The notes under the pieces are model-generated. The model saw nothing but the letters and a program-made list of their open reading frames with translations, had not been told where the DNA came from and made no database searches. The position numbers and the translations under genes were made by a program. Positions 24,013 through 36,392 of a stretch of 64,000 nt of DNA are shown here, piece by piece. The first letter of the stretch is position 1, and each line of letters starts with the position of its first letter. Where the stretch lies: positions 63,179,559 to 63,243,558 of the forward strand of contig NC_090390.1 in NCBI RefSeq assembly GCF_036365525.1, written 5' to 3'. This DNA is from Heterodontus francisci (Eukaryota).

Positions 24013-24821
24013 CTGTAAACCAGGGCATTTTAGTTCAATGAGGCAGCTTCTTTATATTTGTTTATATTTAAAAGGAGAATCACAGAGGAATAAGAAGGGA
24101 AACTTTCTTGGACAAAGCGAGCATCAGAAAATTACAGAGGTCACATCCAATATACATCTTTAATGCCTTTAACACTACCTGGCAGGAAAATCTCCCCTAA
24201 ACTATTTTATCACATTTTTATAAAACTTGTTATTAAAAACACTTATTGACCTTATTTTTATTTCAAAGCAATTGTTACATGTAAAATATATACATGTAGA
24301 TCTTGAATTTGTGTAATAACAGTGATTGCGAGTCAACAGCCCACTTTACATCTCTCCTGATTTTTACTTCCAGTGAGCCCACAGGGCTAGAAGATCCACT
24401 GAGATGTACCTGCCCTTACCTCCGCTGCTGACTCTGCCAAGGTTTGTTGAGTCATTTGGGGGGCCCTCAAATTAGGAGGCTTCAGCACACCCCACCCACC
24501 TACCACAAAGGCTGAATGTCCAGGTGGGCCTCACATCCACCCCCTGGTCTCACCAGGCATAGCTGCACAAACCATACGCCAGATTCCAAAAAAGCCTGTT
24601 ATGTGCCTTTGTCCCCCATTTCCCACCCCCCCCCCCCCCCCCAAACCTTTATGTCGATGGCTTGTAAAGGATAGGCAGAGGTTCTGCCCCACAAGGCTGT
24701 TGTGGTGCATTGCCACCAACGTTATGGCAGAATAGCCATGGATTTTCAGGACCATAATGTAATTGAGCATTAATTTTGTTACACGTGGCACTTCATTGGA
24801 CAATACCATCAGGCTGCTTAC

Positions 24822-24926
24822 CTTACTCGCAAGTCGCCCAACCGTACAGGCATGCTCCAGTTGCTTCGACTTTATATCCCAATGAAAAACTGATTTGAAT
24901 TTTTCGGCTTCCTCACGGTACTTAAT
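24822..24926 (-). CDS. NRAP: NRAP coding exon 4 (nebulin repeat)
   Basis: 105 nt, phase 0/0, IKYREEAEKFKSVFHWDIKSKQLEHACTVGRLASK; KSVFHWD also in human NRAP; tag acceptor, gtaagc donor. Confidence 0.92.
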
Positions 24927-26527
24927 CTAAGTGCAAAAGTTCAGTTTATGATGTTGAATTTTAACCTGTACCATATTAGTACTTGAAGGGATCTAAGCCA
25001 CAGTAATGCAGTTGTCTCATTCATTATCTAATTTTCTTTTCATTTTTCCTATTTTTTTTAATGAATATTTGTACTTAATTACAATGCAATTTCCTTTTCC
25101 TAGTCAGCCGGCTCAAAGTTAGAGTTTCACATCGAGAGCAATTAAATTCCCCTCCTCAAATGATGCTGGTATCAAGCTGAGTGAGGGCAGGTGAGCTGGC
25201 TTTACAGATAAACAGATTCATTGGTGACAACATCAAGTTTTCCCCAATTATAATTACAAGTACATCATGGTACCCCAGGAGACCCAAATAAGGGAGTTCA
25301 GACTGCACTCACTAAAGCAGCTAGAAGCTGTAGATAGACTAAATACAGAATACACTGCGACTAAAGAACTGCTATCAGCAGTTATATTTACTTCAACTTT
25401 AAAGTGCTGGTTCACGCAGTTTATCAACTGTTTAAAACTGAAGTGTCATAACTATAAAATAAAATGGATCTCATACTCATGGTATTCAATATTGTACACA
25501 GTCACTTGTTTTTATGAATAGAAAGTTGCAGGATAGCATTCAGAAAAGATTATTTTTCAGAAAAACAATAAGCTGTAGGGTCATAAGTCTCTCAGTATAT
25601 TCCTTTTAAATCCATAAAAAGACACAGTTAATGTTGTCAATATAACATATTCAGTTACTGGTATCAATCAGAATGCAAAGTTAAATTGTGATTATTTTTA
25701 TGTTTGTCACAAATAAAACCTGGTCATTTAATAACACAGAAGGAGAATGGCTATTAACTGTTAAACTCTTATGCAAACTAAAATGTTCCTTCATGCTGCT
25801 GAAGTACAAATTCAAATGAACCAAAAATAAAACACAATTGCAATGTTAGGATATAAACACATTAACTTGATAAACATCGTGGTAAAATACAGAAAGTACT
25901 GCCATGCAAGGGTGATTTTAATAGTAAAAACCATCTTATATATAATTATATATATAGGTTTATATATACTGTGCCTGGCAGAAAAAGTTACGGACAATTT
26001 TTTTTTAATTATTCAACTTTCATAGCCACAAGACTAGCTTAATAAGGGTCGGTTTAAATATAACATACCATGCAAACTTTAACATCCTTGGACCAGTTTA
26101 TGGCTTGTGATTGAAAGCAACAGAATATGGTGGTGGGATGGGGAAAATGGACGACAGACTATAATTTTAACCTCTACATGAAGTCGGAGTACAAACAGTG
26201 TGGTGTCACATCACAGTTGCTCTCCAGAAATAGATGTTGCTGTAACACAGACTTCATTCCAAAGCTTGGCTGTCACCAAAAATAATCAAAAGTTTACTGA
26301 ATTTACTGTAAAACTTGTCAAACATGCCCATTAGTTAATTATGGTTAAATAGTCACTTTATTGATTAAATTGGAATACTCACGGCCTATTCTTAAAAAAA
26401 AAGTGCATTTCAACTGATTTAGTGACTACACTTCTGATTGTTTAGTCCACTGGTTCCTCCAGTGATCTCTGAAGATGGTTTATGTAGATAATGTGCGTTG
26501 TGTCCCTTTATAACGCTGTTTACCCAC

Positions 26528-26612
26528 CTCACTGGATTCGCTTTGTTTTTTCACATTCAGGTTCAGGGGTGTATCTAGTATACTGGTGAATTTGTTGACT
26601 TTGGGGTTGTGC
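26528..26612 (-). CDS. NRAP: NRAP coding exon 3 (LIM end, first nebulin half-repeat)
   Basis: cag|(A)HNPKVNKFTSILDTPLNLNVKKQSESSE|gtgggt; phase 2 matches exon 2. Confidence 0.92.
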
Positions 26613-26952
26613 CTGCGAATTAAAATAAATATTGCCAGGAACTTACAAAAAGATAATTGACCGAATTTTCTATCGGTTTGAGTCAGGCTATGCAGACAAG
26701 GTTCTTCAATCATACAGAGTGCTCTTACTATGAATAATTTGAAGAATTTCAATGGTATAAATCTGTAATCTAAAATTAGAAAAACCGTGGTACTTCAGTA
26801 TACACAGTCAAAACAGAAGCAACATTCAATATTACGCTTTTAATTGCCTGATTTGAATATATTTTAAGGATACATTAATATTATTTGAGATGGAAACGCC
26901 TCTTAATGAGAATAGTTCAATAAAGTTGTCATTAATGTTAAAAATGACTTAC

Positions 26953-27047
26953 GCCTGGCAATAAGGTTTCTTCTGGTGACTGATAAAATTGTTGACTGTA
27001 AGGATCATTTTGCAGACCTCACAGTGAAAACAAGACTTGTGCCATGT
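26953..27047 (-). CDS. NRAP: NRAP coding exon 2 (LIM domain)
   Basis: tag|[31 protein letters not shown](A)|gtaagt; LIM zinc ligands; 95 nt, phase 0 to 2. Confidence 0.95.
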
Positions 27048-27151
27048 CTATGGATAGCAAAATGTACACGTTATTAACTGTGCAAAATCTTCAATTGAAT
27101 AGCAGTCTAAAATACTGACATTTTAATAATGTTTCAGCAATATTCACTCAC

Positions 27152-27220
27152 CTGGTCTATACAAACTATTTTCTCCGCGGGATAAACGCCAAAACCACAG
27201 CGAGCACACGGTGTGTTCAT
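27152..27220 (-). CDS. NRAP: NRAP coding exon 1 (LIM domain start)
   Basis: ATG at 27220; MNTPCARCGFGVYPAEKIVCIDQ resembles remembered human NRAP MNVQPCSRCGYGVYPAEKISCIDQ; donor CAG|gtgagt. Confidence 0.95.
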
Positions 27221-27289
27221 TTTGAATTGGATTTATTTGTAAGAAAACAGCAAAAGTTTTTTATTGTTTTCTGCGTTGAGCTTCGTATC

Positions 27290-27720
27290 TCCGCCCCCTT
27301 CCTGATACTTCGCCTGTACTGGAACCTGCCACAAGCAGTCAGCCGCTTCATAGCTTTACAGGTCTCGCCTCCGCTCCTCAACCATTGGTTCAAACCGCCC
27401 ATTACTGGGTGCTAATCTCCAGAACTCGACTGGGGTATGGTTACCGGAGCTGTCAATCACAAAGCTCACATGTCTATGACTTGTATCAGGTTTAAGTTTG
27501 GAGAGTGACTGGTGTTCATGAATGTCTCGTCCCAAAATAGGAGGGAGCATTGCTACTAAATGCATCTTGACGTCAGCCCTAAGGTAAAAGGGAACTGACA
27601 ACATTTTATCAATCTATACATAAAAGCTTCGATCAGCAAAACAAGTAGGACAATAATTTTTGAAACACAATTCAGTTTCCTGTGGATTTTCTGTTAGTAA
27701 AGTCGCAAACTATTTTTACT
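27290..27720 (-). promoter_or_regulatory. Putative NRAP muscle promoter: GC box, CArG, CRE, near-consensus MEF2
   Basis: CCGCCCCC near 27291; CCAAAATAGG (CC(A/T)6GG) 27532-27541; TGACGTCA 27568-27575; CTATTTTTAC 27710-27719; all within 500 bp upstream of the ATG. Confidence 0.55.
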
Positions 27721-28124
27721 AATTGTTCAAAATTACTCAAACTATACTATATACTGTTGTTTGTTTAAATTTCTTAAACTAAAATGAGTATGTATAGTAA
27801 ATTAATTCATTTTTATAGTCGTCTTTTTGGTTATCAAGTGGGCATTATCATAAACTTACAATAATTACTCCTGTGTTAAAGTTGTTAATCAGCGTGTTAG
27901 AACACATCAGACATCAATGTTGCATGGCAGTGCCGCCCACAACATCATCACTCAAAGCAAAGGAGTGAACTAGGAATAAAGAATTTTAAAAAGTACATGT
28001 CTTCCCTATGTTTTACTTTGTTCTTAAAATGTTTCCATTTATATTCTGTAGTGATTTCATCACCACACAGCAGGTTAACCAATTTACCTTTTCCGCATCT
28101 TCTGCCATGTTAGTGTTCACCCTT

Positions 28125-29432
28125 CTATAATTTGTATTTATTAAGGACTTGGATGATGGGATGGAAAGCCACATATCCAAATTTGCCAATGACACAAAAA
28201 TAGGTAGCATTGTAAGCAGTGTAAAATGACAAAGAGATACTGATAGGATAAATGAATAGGGAAAACTGTGGCAAATGAATTTTAGTGTTTGCAAATGTGA
28301 GGTCATCCACTTTGGACCTAAAAAGGATAGAACGGGGTATTTTCTAAATGAAGAAAAAAAAAGACTTGCATTTATATAACGCTTTTCACGACCACCGGAT
28401 GTCTCAAAATGCTTCACAGCCAATAAAGTACTTTTGAAGTGTAGTCACTGTCGTAATGTAGGAAACGTGGCAGCCAATTTGCACACAGCAAACTCCCACA
28501 AACAGCAATGTGTTAAGGACTAGATATTCTGTTTTTGTGATGTTGATTGAAGGATAAATATTGGCTAGGACACTTGGGATAACTCCCCTGCTCTTCTTTG
28601 AAATAGTGCCATGGGATCTTTTACATCCACCCAAGCAGGAAGATGAGTCCTCTGTTTAACACCTATCTGAAAGATGGTTCCTCCAACGGTGCAGTCCCTC
28701 CTCAGTACTGCACTGGAGCACTAGAGTGTTAGCTTGTGCTGGTGAAAAGCTAGAAATAGTGGCAGTCCAAAGACATTTAGGGGTCCATCATTTAAATGTC
28801 ATGATAGCTACAGATAATAATCAAAAACACTGGCCTTTATATCTAGAGGACTAGAATACCAGGGAATAGAAGTCATGTTTCAACTATACAAAGCTCAGGT
28901 TAGACCACAGCTGGAGTACTATGAGCAGTTCCGGGCACTACACCCTAGAAAGGATATATTGGCCTTGGAAGGAGTGCAATGTAGATTTACCAGAATGATA
29001 CCTGGATTGCAAGAGTTAAATTACGAGGATAGATTACACAAACTATTCCCTGGAATTTAGAAGGTTAAGAGGTGATTTGATCAAAGTTTTCAAGATATTA
29101 AGGGGAACAGATAGGGTGGATAGACAAAAACTATTTCCACTGGTTGGGGAGTATATGACTAGGGGGCATAGTCAAAAAATTAAAGCCAGATCATTAGGAA
29201 ATTAGAAGTCACTTCAACATGCAAATGGTGGTAGAAAGCTCTTCCACAAATGGCAATTGACACTAATGTTAATTTTAAAACTGAGGTTGATAGATTTTTG
29301 TTAACCAAAGGTATTATGGGAAATGGGGCAAAGGTGGATATATGGAGTTAACTCACAGATCAGCCATGGTCTCATTGAATGATGGAACTGGCTCAAGGGG
29401 CTAAATGATCTCTTCCTATTTCTGCGTTCCTA
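28125..29432 (+). mobile_element. CR1 3' fragment split by a Deu-SINE
   Basis: SKFANDTKIG, VRPQLEY motifs; interrupted at about 28351-28740. Confidence 0.8.
28351..28735 (-). mobile_element. Deu-SINE (SacSINE1-like)
   Basis: Deu domain GTAAAAGATCCCATGGCACTATTTC...GTGTCCTAGCCAATATTTATCC; L2-like 3' tail. Confidence 0.8.
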
Positions 29433-29713
29433 AGTGATTAATAAAGCTGTTATTTAACTTTGAAATTCATATGATATCTGTAAGCCATTTAAGCTTCACT
29501 TTTATAGTATATGATGTCATCAGAACCTCTAGAGTCACTTTACTCATCCAGGTGTCTATAATAATCCTATGCTGCACACAGATAAACCTTAAATTATTTC
29601 TCAAAGAACTAACTAGTGATTTTAGAAACCTAATATCTTCTTATCTCCATTATATCATGCTACTTTCAGCAGTCAACTTACAACACATGCTGAAACAAAC
29701 CTTGAATTAAAAT

Positions 29714-30726
29714 CGTCAAGAAAACACTCAATGCTGAATGAGGACTTTTTAATTCATCGGTTGGAAACCTACATTAAACTTTTAAAAAGGAAAGCTGGGA
29801 TTCTACATTTAACTTTTAAAAAGCTGGCAGCCAAGATGGCCACCACAAATTGCATTGAAATACCTCACATTCCAGGACATCGAATTGGAGATGCATATCT
29901 CACAAGGCTCCCATCCAGGACAATGGCTTGGATAACTGAGTCGATTATCCAGTATTACCCTCGTTAGCGGACATTCAAAACCATCTTGAAGCATTCATTA
30001 GTGCAGATGTACCTCCAGAGAGAAAACATTGAAACCCGAGAGAGATTGAGAATTCCTAGACTTGAATCTAATTAAATTGCAAATGAGGACACTGGACAAT
30101 CATGTGGCCACCTGCCCATCTGTGAAAAACTAGCAGCTTTTTGCTACAAAGGGACAAGCTCCTGAGACTCTAGGGGGGCATCTATCTCTCTATCTCTCAC
30201 TTCAGGTGACCTTGTGGCATTCAAAGCTTGTCTGCTGGCTGGAAAAGATCCAAGACAAAGACCTGGGGAAGAAGACCACCTGTTCTACTGTCTCCAAGAA
30301 CATCTACCAACCAAGAACGTCAGGAATCCAGATACAGCCAGAAGACAAGCGAATTCACAGACACCACAGACTGTATATTATTTTTATTTGTTCTGGACTC
30401 TAATCCAACCCAAACTATTCCTCTCCACTCTGTAATCTATTTGTGTGTGTTATTCTCGTTTGTGTATGTGAGTGAACATGTAGCATTGTTTATTATTTTA
30501 TCTGGATCATATTTTTGGTTAAATACAATTAACTCACCTCTTTCATATTTAAACTCAAGAAAACCTGTATGATTGGTTCTTTTATGATCACAACAAAGGT
30601 AAAAGGTTAAACACTCACTGAAGTGGTAAGCACATCCACTGTTTAAAAAGAAATTAAACATGTTGTGGTCAAACAAGGAGAAAGACAAGAGGGGAGTCTT
30701 GCAGCCCTCCTCACCAGAACATAACA
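29714..30726 (+). mobile_element. Solo LTR (probably Gypsy)
   Basis: (C/T)GTCA...TAACA termini; both ends homologous to the reverse complement of 54434-55488. Confidence 0.7.
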
Positions 30727-31759
30727 GAAATAGTTAAGAATTACAAATCAATTGAATTAAATCTCAAGCATATAACCTATATTATTTTTAATATTAGATA
30801 GCAGATTGTAGTTTAAAGGCTATGATCTAATTGTGCGATTCAGCTGATGTCCATGATTTTGATTTTATTGTCTCATGTCATCCAAAACCTTGTTAAATTA
30901 CTGCCTTATGTTTCATTGCCTTCCATCTACTTTTATATGTGTAAAATTAGATTAACACTGCTGTGTTTTTTTAGCAGGAGGGAATAATTAGCAAGATGGC
31001 AAGATGCCGGCTAAATCAGACTGTATGTCAACTAGGGTAACTCACTGATTACCTGATTCAGTATTGTAAATATTTGTGTTTTGATAAAATCTGCTGGATA
31101 TGACTATAAAGATAAGGCAAGAATTAGAATATGGAAATATGGTGAATGGCAATCACTCTAATGTCATTAATAAAGATTCAGTTTTTAATGGCCTTTTCTC
31201 CATAGGCTTATAAATAGTGGGTGACTTTCTCTCAGTAAGGGGCCAGTCTGAGACTAGCAGAGACTGAGCTACACCTGTGATAGTGTTTCATCATTTAAGA
31301 TGTGAACAACCAAGTTTCAAAGTTTAATTTCTTGAAAGACAGTGCAGAAGAAGCATCTGTTATTTTCTACATTTTGAGGAGAATTGTAAAGTTTGGAAAC
31401 TACTGTAAATCGACTATTTGGAGCTCAGAGAAGACAATAGACCTGTGGTCTGACGTTTCCAAGAAAAGGCAAACACTTTAATTGGAAAGAAACGGTTAGA
31501 ATTATGTATCACAGAAGTGCTTGTAACAGCTCTCCGAAAGAGTTACCAAACTGTCCCTCTCCCCTGCCATTTCCCCACAGGCTTGCCATTTTTCACTTTC
31601 AAGTATATATCCAATTTGCTTTTGAAAGCTGCTATTGAATTTGCTTTCACCGCCCTTTCGGGCAATACATTCCAGATCATAACAACTCACTGAGTAAAAA
31701 TATTTCTTGTTATCTGCTCCCTAGCTTTTATGTCAAATTATCCATGAGTAATTGATCTG

Positions 31760-33780
31760 GCTATCCCACGTCAATGCCATGTAGTTATCACTGGCATGGA
31801 AGCACAATACACAAATAATGGAAGGATTTACAACTGCACGTTCAAAATCCCAAATGTCTAGCCTTTGGAACACCCCATTCACCAATGGCACTTCTGCAGC
31901 TACCAATATACTCAACCACAACCTCAACTCCACCTTTGATAGCCTAGTTCCCACTAAAACCATTATTCCTCTTACTAACTATTCCCCCTGAACAGTCCAC
32001 ATCTCTCCCTTAAGTCCAAGGGATGCAGACTTCAGCAAATATGGTGAACAACTGGTTTGACCACTTACCACCATATCTGGCTAGACCTCTGCTCTGCCGG
32101 AACTGCTCAATATTCAGGATCACCCTGGAATTCAAAGATAACCCTTGGCTTCTTTCCTCTATTTCAAACTGTCTTCTTAAAACTCTTTCTCCTGTCTCCT
32201 CCATCTTCACCTCCAACAAGTGTGACGGGCTCATGGACTTCATTGTCACTAAGACTGAGACTATCTGATCAGCTGCCTCTGCTATTTCCCTCCCTTCCTT
32301 TAGCCCACCAGGCCAAGCTTCCTCTAAGGTTCCCCCTGCTCTAGCCCTGAACTTGCATTTTTCTTTAATTTCTCTGCTATCTCCTTTCATGCCCTCCCCA
32401 AGCTTATCATGTCCACGAGACCCATCCCCACAACCCTAATTCCACTAAACTGCTGCCCATCCAACTTCCCTTCCTGGATGCCATATTGGTTGCTGATGTT
32501 AATGGTTCTGCCTCCTCAGGTACTGTCCCACTTTCATTCAAATCTGCCATCATTAACCCTCTCCTCAAAAAAAAACACTTGATCCCTTTGTCCTGGAAAC
32601 TACTGCCCCATCTGCAACCTCCCTTTCCTCTCCAAAGCCCTTGAACTTGTTGTCACCTCTGAAAGCAATGGCTATCTTTCTCGGAACTCTACATTTGAAT
32701 CCCTCCAATCAAGTTTCCTCTCTGCTGCAGTTTCTTATCAAAGTCACAAATGTCATCCTATGTGACTGTGACAAAGGTCCTTCCTCGTCTTTCTCGACTT
32801 GTCTGCAAAGTTTGATATGGTTGATCACACCATCCTTTCCAATGCCTCCCCACTCTCATCAACTGGGTGGGACTGCACTTGTCTAATTCTAGTCTTATCT
32901 ACAGTTGTAGCCAGAGAATCACCTGCAATGACTTCTCTTCCTGCTCTTGCACCATCACCTCTGATGTCCCCCAAGGATCTAGCTTTGGCCCCCTCTTATT
33001 TCTCATCTAACATGCTGCCCCTCAACAACATCATTTGAAAGCACAACAGTTTCCATATGTAAGCTGACGACACCCAGCTCTACCTCACCATAACCTCTCT
33101 CAACCCCTCCACTGTCTTGACTGCATCTTCTCCCTGGCTACCGTCTGTACAGACTGTTTACGACCTTGGTGCCATATTTGACCTCAAGATGAACTTCTGA
33201 CCTCATATCTGCACCATTGCTAAGGCTGCCTGTTTCCACCTCCATAACATCGCCCGAATCCGTCCCTTTCTCAGCTCATCTGCTGCTGAAACCCAGATCC
33301 ATTACTTTATTGCCACTAGACATGACAATTCCAACACACTCCTGGTTGGCCTCCCAAATTCTACCCCTCATGTATTTGAGGTTGTTCAAAACTCTGATGC
33401 CCCTCACTCCTGTGCTCACTGACCTACATTGACTCCCGGTTAAGCAATATCTGAATTTTAAAATCTCATCCTTGTTTTCAAGTGTCTCCATAGCCTCATC
33501 CCTCCCTATTTCTGTAATCTCCTCCAGCCATACAACATATCTGCACTCCTCCAATTTTGGCCTCTTGAGCATCCCTGATTTTGATCACTCCATGATTGGT
33601 GGCCATTCCTTCAGCTGCCAAGGCCCTAAGCTCTGGAATTCCCTCCCTAAAACCTCTCTACCTCTCTTCCTTTCTTTCGTCCTTAAGAAGCTCCTTAAAA
33701 CCTACCTCTTTAACCAAGTTTTTGGTCACCTGACCTAATATATCCTATGTGGTGCCATGTCAAATCTAGTCACTGATCAT
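31760..33780 (+). mobile_element. L2 LINE, degenerate 3' 2 kb
   Basis: FDMVDHTIL, ADDTQLY, FHLHNIARIRP, KLWNSLP, KKLLKTYLF. Confidence 0.85.
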
Positions 33781-33944
33781 TCCACATTTTTCCTGATGCA
33801 AATCCATTCCTGAGAAAGGAAGGTTCAAACTCAGGGTTTGTTTTGCTAACTTATGTTGATGTTAGGGATTGTAAGAGAGACACCAGAGCAGATGGGTACA
33901 GCTGCATCAACACTCAAGAAGCTTGGCATTTATTGCAAGGGGGA

Positions 33945-34540
33945 GGGAGTATAAAACTATACATGGAATTGGTAAGACCACAACTAAAGTATAGTGTGCA
34001 GTTTTGGTCTCCTTACTTAAGGAGGGATAAACTTGCATTGGAAACAGGTTCACTAAGATGATTCCTGGGATGAAATGGTTGTCTTATGAGAAAAGGCTGA
34101 GCAGGTTGGGCCTATACTCATTGGAGTTTAGAAGAATGAGAGTGACTTTATTGAAACATATAAGATTCCGAGGGGGCTTCACAGGATAGATGCTGAGAGG
34201 ATGTTCCCCCTCATGGGGAGCCTAGAACTAGGGGGCACAGTTTCAAAAAAGGGGTCTTCCTTTTAAAACAGAGATGAGGAGGAATTTCTTCTCTCAGAGG
34301 GTCATTAATCTTTGGAATTCTCTTGCCAGAGAGCAGTGGAGGCTGGTCATTGAATAATTCAAGGCTGAGTTAGACAGATTTTTGATCTAAAAGGAAGTCA
34401 AGGGTTATGGGGGGGGTGGGGGGCAGGCAGGAAAGTGGAGTTAAGGCCACAATCAGATCAGCCATGAACGTATTGAATGGCAGTGCAGGCTAGAGGGGCC
34501 AAATGGTCTACTCCTGCTCCTATTTCTTATGTTCTTAGGT
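33945..34540 (+). mobile_element. CR1 3' fragment
   Basis: LVRPQLKYSVQFWSP; tail TTCTTATGTTCTTA. Confidence 0.8.
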
Positions 34541-34571
34541 TGACAGTCTCCAAGACAAAACTGTCTGCTTG

Positions 34572-35860
34572 ATTTTTTAAAATTCATTCATGGGATGTGA
34601 GCATTGCTGGCAGGGCCAGCATTTATTGCCCATCCCTAATTGTCAGTGAGAAGATGATAGTGAGCTGCCTTCTGGAATGACTGCAGTCCATATGGTGTAT
34701 GTATACCCACAGTGCTGTTAGGGAGGGAGTTCCAGGATTTTGACCCAGCAACATTAAAGCAATGGTGATATATTTCCAAGTCAGGGTAGTTTGTGGCTTG
34801 GAGGGGAACTTGCAACTGATGATGTTCCCATGCGTCTGCTGCCCTTCTTCTTCTATGTAGTAGAGGTCACGGGTTTGGAAGGTGCTGTCAAAGGACCCTT
34901 GGTGAGTTGCTGCAGTGCATCATGTAGATGGTACACAGATGGTGCCAGTGGTGAAGAGAATGAATGTGGTAGATGAGGTGTCAATCAAGTGGGCTGCTTT
35001 TTTCTGGATGGTGTCCAGTTTCCTGAGTATTGTTTGAGCTGCACTCATCCTGACTTGTGCCTTGTGATGGTAAACAAGCTTTGGGGAGTCAGGAGGTGAG
35101 TTACTTGCTGCAAATTCCCAGTGTCTGACCTGCTCTTGTAGCCACATTATTTATATGGCTGGTCCAGTAAAGTTTCTGGTCAATGATAACCCTCAGGATG
35201 TTGATGGTGGGGGATTCAGTGATGGTAATGCCGATGAACGTCAAGGAGAGATGGAAGGTTAGATTCTTTCTTGTTGGAGAAGGTCATTGCCTGGCACTTG
35301 TGTATCGCGAATGTTACTTCCCAGTTATCAGCCCAAGCCTGAATGTAGTCCAGGTTGCTGCACGCGGGCACAGACTGTTTCACTATCTGAGGAGTTGCAA
35401 CTGGTACTGAACACTATCCAATCTTCAGTGAACATCCCCACTTCTGACCATATGATGGAGAGAAGGTCATTGATGTAACAGCTGAAAATTGGCAACTCAT
35501 CCACTTGCCTAAACATTTACTCACTCCACCACCAGTATATCGTGGCTGCAGTATGTACTATCGACAAGACGCACTGCAGCAACTCACCAAGGCTTCTTCA
35601 GCAGCACCTCCCAACCCTTTAACCTCCGTCGCCTAGAAAAACAAGATCTGTATGGAAACACCATCACCTCTAAATATCCCTCCAAGTCACACACCATCCT
35701 CACTTGGATATGTATCATTGTCCCAACAACATTGTTAGGTCATTATCCTATTTAACAGCATTGTGTGAGTATCTACACCAAGACACTTAGGAAGAAGGCC
35801 AATCACCACCTTTTCAGGGTAATAAATACCAGCCTTGGCATCGTGCTGAGAATGATTTTT
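34572..35860. mobile_element. Two decayed 3' fragments of the tRNA-headed LINE family in opposite orientation
   Basis: 34572-35485 (-) and about 35490-35860 (+) both match 43575-44520. Confidence 0.75.
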
Positions 35861-35944
35861 TTAAAAATTGAAATGAGAAACAGTTGAACCCGTGTCTATC
35901 CCAGCTAATGTCTTTAACTGCATTGCTCAGTTATGTTCATTGTC

Positions 35945-36390
35945 AGCTCCAGCTCACTTGGCAGTATCTCACCTCGGAGTAAGAAAGTTGTGGATTCAAG
36001 TCCAGGGAGTCGAGCACAAACATTTAGGCTGACATTCTAGTGCAATAGTGAGGGAGTGCTGCGATGTTGGAGGTGTTGCCTTTTGGATGAGATGTTAAAC
36101 CAAAGCCTCATCTCCTCTCTCATATGGATGTAAAAGATCCCATGGCACTATTTCGTAGAACAGCAAGGCAGTTACCCCTGGTATCCTGTCAATATTTCTC
36201 CCTCAATCAACATCACTAAAGATGCAGATTATCTGTCCATTATTACTTGCTGTTTGTAGGGGTTTGCTGTGCATATACTGGCTGCTGTGTTTCCCACTTT
36301 ACAACAGTGACTACAATTCAAAAGTACTTCATTGGCTGTAAAGTGCTTTTGGATATCCTGAGTTCATGAAAGGTGTTATGTAAATGCAAG
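35945..36390 (+). mobile_element. Deu-SINE (SacSINE1-like)
   Basis: B-box-like GGATTCAAGTCC; Deu domain GGATGAGATGTTAAACC...AAAGATCCCATGGCAC. Confidence 0.8.
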
Positions 36391-36392
36391 TA

